DNA from: Scenedesmus sp. PABB004
Lineage: Eukaryota
Assembly (NCBI GenBank): GCA_014905635.1
Contig: JABVCE010000042.1
Span: 62,001 to 126,000 of the forward strand
DNA: 64,000 bases
Direction: 5' to 3'
This document shows, piece after piece, positions 60,801-64,000 of the stretch; position 1 is the stretch's first letter, and each line of letters opens with the position of its first letter. The position numbers were made by a program, and so were the translations under genes. The notes under the pieces were generated by a model. That model had not been told where the DNA came from, did no database searches, and worked only from the letters and a program-made list of their open reading frames with translations.

Positions 60801-63575
60801 CTGAACCAGCTGCTGGCGGCGCTGGAGGCGGCGGCGGCGGGTGCGTGCGCTGGCCGGGCGCGGCGCCGCCGCAGCAGCGCGGCTGGGCGGCGGGGCGCTC
60901 ATGTGCTTTTGTGCGCCGGCGTGCTTGCCGCCGCCCGCCAGGCGACGCCAGCGCGCTGCTGCTGGACCACACCGAGGACGGCGGCGGCCAGCCGGGCTCG
61001 GCAGCGGCTCTGCGCTCGCGGGCGGCCGCCGGCCTGGGCGGCGGCGGCGGCGGTGCCGGCACCAGCGCCGGCGGCGGCGCGGCGCGGATAAACCTCGCCG
61101 AGGTTCGGCTGCAGCTGCAGCGGCAGCTCAAGCAGCAGGTGAGCGCGGGACCTCGTGCGCAGGGGGCGGGGTCGCTCGCCGTGCCGGGACGCGGCCGGCG
61201 CCGGGCCCCGCGCCAGAGCCGCCGCTGCACCCGCGCCGCCCGCGCAGGAGCGGCGCATCGGCGAGCTGGAGTCGCAGCTGGCTGAGGCCACGCAGGGCCT
61301 CGAGGCCGCGCAGGCGGCGCGCAGCAGCACGCAGGAGGCGCTCGACCAGGTGGGTGTGCGGGCAGCCGGCCGCGCGCGCTGCCGGCCGGCCGCCGCGGTC
61401 CTCGCTGCGCGCGCCATGGTGTCTGACCGCCGCCACGCGCTGCGCCGGCAGGCGCGCTCGCTGTTCAGACGCCGCATGGAGGGCGCGGCGCGCGAGGTGG
61501 CAGACCTGTCGCAGCGCGTAGCCGTCGCCGCGGGGTGCGCGCGGCGCGTCCGCCGCCCGCGGGCGGGGACGCCCGCGGGCGGGGACGCCCGCGACCGCGC
61601 GCCGCGCCGCACGCCGCGCTGCGCCGCCGCCCCACGGCCGCCCTGCACGCGCCGCGCCCCCGCGACAGCGACCCGGGGCACCTGCTTGCGCTTGGCCCGG
61701 ACGAGCTGCTGGCGCGGGTGAGCCGCTTCATCGACGAGCTGCTCCAGGTGCGGCGGCGGGGCCCGGCGGCGGGCTGCGGTGGCCCGGCCAGGGCTGGGTG
61801 GGCCCCCTGGCAGCGCGGTGGTTGCGCAGCGGCGCGATCCGCCGCTGCGCGCGCGCGCGCCGAGGCGCAGGCCGCCGGCGACGCGGCCGGCGAGACGCGG
61901 CGCGACGCCGAGGCGCTCGCGGCGCGGCACGCCACACTGCGGCGGCGGCTGCGCACGCTGTACGCGGGGTACCGGGCGCTGCGGTACCGAGTGGAGGACG
62001 AGTGGCCCGCCTCGGGTGGGCGGGGTCTGGACGATGGGTGATGCTGGCCGGGGCAGCGGGCTGGCGGGCGGCGCGGGCAGCACGGCCCGGCGGCAGGCCC
62101 CGCGCCGCGCCGCGGGCGCCCGCCGACCGCGCGCGGCGCGCCGTGCCCGGTCGGACCGCTCGCAGGCGCGGGCGCGCCGCCGCGCGTGGCGCACGAGGAT
62201 GCGGTGCTGGGCGGCAGCGTGGACGAGGTCATCCGGTGAGGGGCCCCACGGGGCGGTGCGGGCCCGGCCGGCGCGCCAGCGCGGCGTGCTGTGTGGCGTG
62301 CGGCGCACGCCTCGCCGTGCGCGCGCCGCCGCCGCCCTGAACGACGCCGCGCCCGCCGCCGCGGCGCAGCGCGGACGACGACGCCGACCGCCAGGCGCTC
62401 GTGCGGCAGCAGCAGAAGGTCGCGGCGCTCGAGGCGGTGCTCGCGGGGCTCAAGGTGCGCGGCCGCCAAGGGCGGCGCGGGCAGGGCAGGGAGGCAGGGC
62501 AGGGCAGGGCAAGGCAGGGCCCCGGCACCCCCCGCTCATGCGCTCTGCCGCCGTTGCTGCCGCCCGCGGCGGCAGGTGAAGCAGCTGGAGTGGGACACCA
62601 TGGGCGCCGCGGGGGCGGGCAAGCTCAGCGCCGCCAAGGGGCAGCCGGGCAACGGCAACAGCAGCGGCGCAGGTGCGGCGGCGCACGGGCGCGCCGGCGG
62701 CAACGGACCGCTGCCGGCCGCGGCGCCCTGAGCTGCTGCGGCGCGCCGCGCAGGCGCTGCGCCGGCCGCGCTGATGCTGGAGAACGCGCGGCTGCGGGAG
62801 GAGCTGGACGGCCTGCGGCGCCGCCTGCCGCAGGTCGGCCTGCTGCGGCGCAGCGGCAGCAGCGTCGGTGACGGCGCACAGGCGACCGCTGCGGCCGGCG
62901 GTGCGCTGGAGCAGCTCACGCAGCAGCTGGCGCAGGTGCGCGGCGCGGGCCAGGGCGCGGCGCTGCTGGCTCCGGCTGGGCCTCGCCCGTGCGCTCACCC
63001 GCGCGTCCGCTGCGCCCCGGCCGCGCAGCTGCGCGCCGAAAACCAGCGACTGCAGGCGGCGGCCGCGCGCGGCGGCGCCGCGGCGGCTGCGGCGGCTGCG
63101 GCGGGCGGCGCGCCGGGCCGCGCCGGCGTGGGCAGCGGCGCTGGCTCGGCCGAGCTGCGCCGGCAGGTCAAGGAGTTCACCCTGAACACGCAGCTCGAGC
63201 TTGAGCAGAAGCTCAAGGTGCGCTGTGGCTGCCGCGTGCGCGGCGGCCACGCACCCCCGCGGGCCGCGCCGCGCGCTGAGCCGCGCCGGGCGCCGCCGCC
63301 GCAGGCGGTCGAGTCGCGGGCGGTCATGGCGGAGGAGCAGCTGGCGCACCTGCAGGTGGTCGGCGCGCGCCACGCCGCGCCGCGCTCACGGCCAGCGCTC
63401 ACGGCGAGCGCTGGGGCTGAGCTGAGCCTCACCTTGCGCCCCCGCCCGCGCCCGCCCACGCCCGCCGCGCCCACCACCGCAGCGCTACATGGCCACCGCG
63501 AGCGTGACGTACCAGCGGGAGATCGTGCGGCTGCGCGCCGCGCTGGGCGGCGGCAGCGCGGCGGCGGGGCAGTGA
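54833..63575 (+). CDS. Kinesin motor domain fused to a CCDC78-like coiled coil; intron 56806..59838 hosts another gene
   Basis: EGYNVAVLLFGATGAGKT, SFVELYDE, LTFVDLPGAE, SINRGLLAL, SLLTRLLA|DALGGNC; later SEEQRLEVSRALIDFEVETN..RFALEQRILELE and KEFTLNTQLELE..RAVMAEEQL..YQREIVRLR (CCDC78 signatures). Confidence 0.85.
57158..59284 (+). CDS. Strictosidine-synthase-like / APMAP-type beta-propeller protein (8 exons), nested
   Basis: N-terminal anchor, GS|ES, GRPLG, NYVNDLDIAPDGTVYFTDS, GRLLAY, FYYPNGVAL, LAET, DLPGTPDGI..GFWV, LFFGNL. Confidence 0.93.
59705..59709 (+). promoter_or_regulatory. TGTAA polyadenylation signal of the nested gene, inside the kinesin intron
   Basis: TGTAA about 420 bp after the stop at 59284 and about 130 bp before the host acceptor at 59838. 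Confidence 0.55.
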
Positions 63576-63611
63576 TCGCGGACAAGCCGTGGGAGAGTGC
63601 GGCCTCACGTG

Positions 63612-63947
63612 TTAACATGTGCTCGTTTGTTCGTGACCGCGCGCAGCTCCGTGACCGCACACAGCGCGCGAGTCCCATATAAGTCTCTCAATCAGCCACC
63701 GCCGCCCCCCACGCCCACACCCTGCCGGCGCGCGGCGGCGCGCGTGCGCCCCGCGGCCCGCGCGGCTCGATTCCGCAGCGCGCGCGCTCAGGTCGCGCGC
63801 GATACAAGTTGGGCTACCATCACAGCCTTTTAGGCACGCCACGTGTGTTGGATCGGGCCGCAAGAGCATGAGGAAGGGCAAGCAGTCGTCAGGCAGTGCT
63901 CGCGGGGCACAAAGGGCCGCCCCGAATCCATCGCGGCCAGCCCGCAC
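63612..63947 (-). CDS. Possible last exon of a gene entering from the right edge
   Basis: More complex amino-acid composition than background (LPDDCLPFLMLLRPDPTHVACLKGCD); no family recognised. Confidence 0.25.
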   Translation of the reverse strand: MRAGRDGFGAALCAPRALPDDCLPFLMLLRPDPTHVACLKGCDGSPTCIARDLSARAAESSRAGRGAHARRRAPAGCGRGGRRWLIERLIWDSRAVCGHGAARGHEQTSTC

Positions 63948-64000
63948 GCCGCGCGCGGCGCCGGCCGCTTAGGGCGGCGCGCGCGCGGGCGCGGGGCTCA

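Noticed and set aside
1..64000. tRNA, rRNA or transposase/reverse-transcriptase genes
   Set aside because: None recognised by eye; small RNAs could be missed without covariance-model searches.

Overview
Eukaryotic nuclear DNA, extremely GC-rich (roughly 80% by eye) and gene-dense, with many short spliceosomal introns. Gene content, TGTAA poly(A) signals and TTTAGGG-like motifs point to a chlorophyte green alga (inference). Almost all long ORFs in the supplied track are GC artefacts or antisense shadows, so I rebuilt gene models by hand from splice sites and protein motifs; CDS coordinates are start-to-stop spans including introns. About 20 genes are supported: a sulfate transporter (SULTR), a thioredoxin-fold protein, an SBP transcription factor, a PqqB-like metallo-hydrolase, SEC13, a kinase-PP2C, TSR3, BCCP, a receptor-like kinase, a cyclophilin, an ATP6AP2-like protein, RPN12, a secreted Cys-repeat glycoprotein, a TPPP/p25 protein, a SYP5-type SNARE, a kinesin-CCDC78 and a strictosidine-synthase-like gene. 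Main hunt results: (1) a large minus-strand gene running off the left edge that joins a CtIP/Sae2 motif, an OTU-like protease and what resembles a Fanzor1 N-terminus (the RuvC half is not in the window, so this is unproven); (2) a whole multi-exon gene nested on the same strand in a 3 kb kinesin intron; (3) an MLKL/MCA-like four-helix bundle fused to an EF-hand and two TPPP domains; (4) at least 13 GC-AG introns; (5) a young inverted gene-fragment duplication; (6) telomere-like inverted motifs in SULTR introns; (7) a ~200 bp satellite array. All family assignments come from motif recognition, not database searches.
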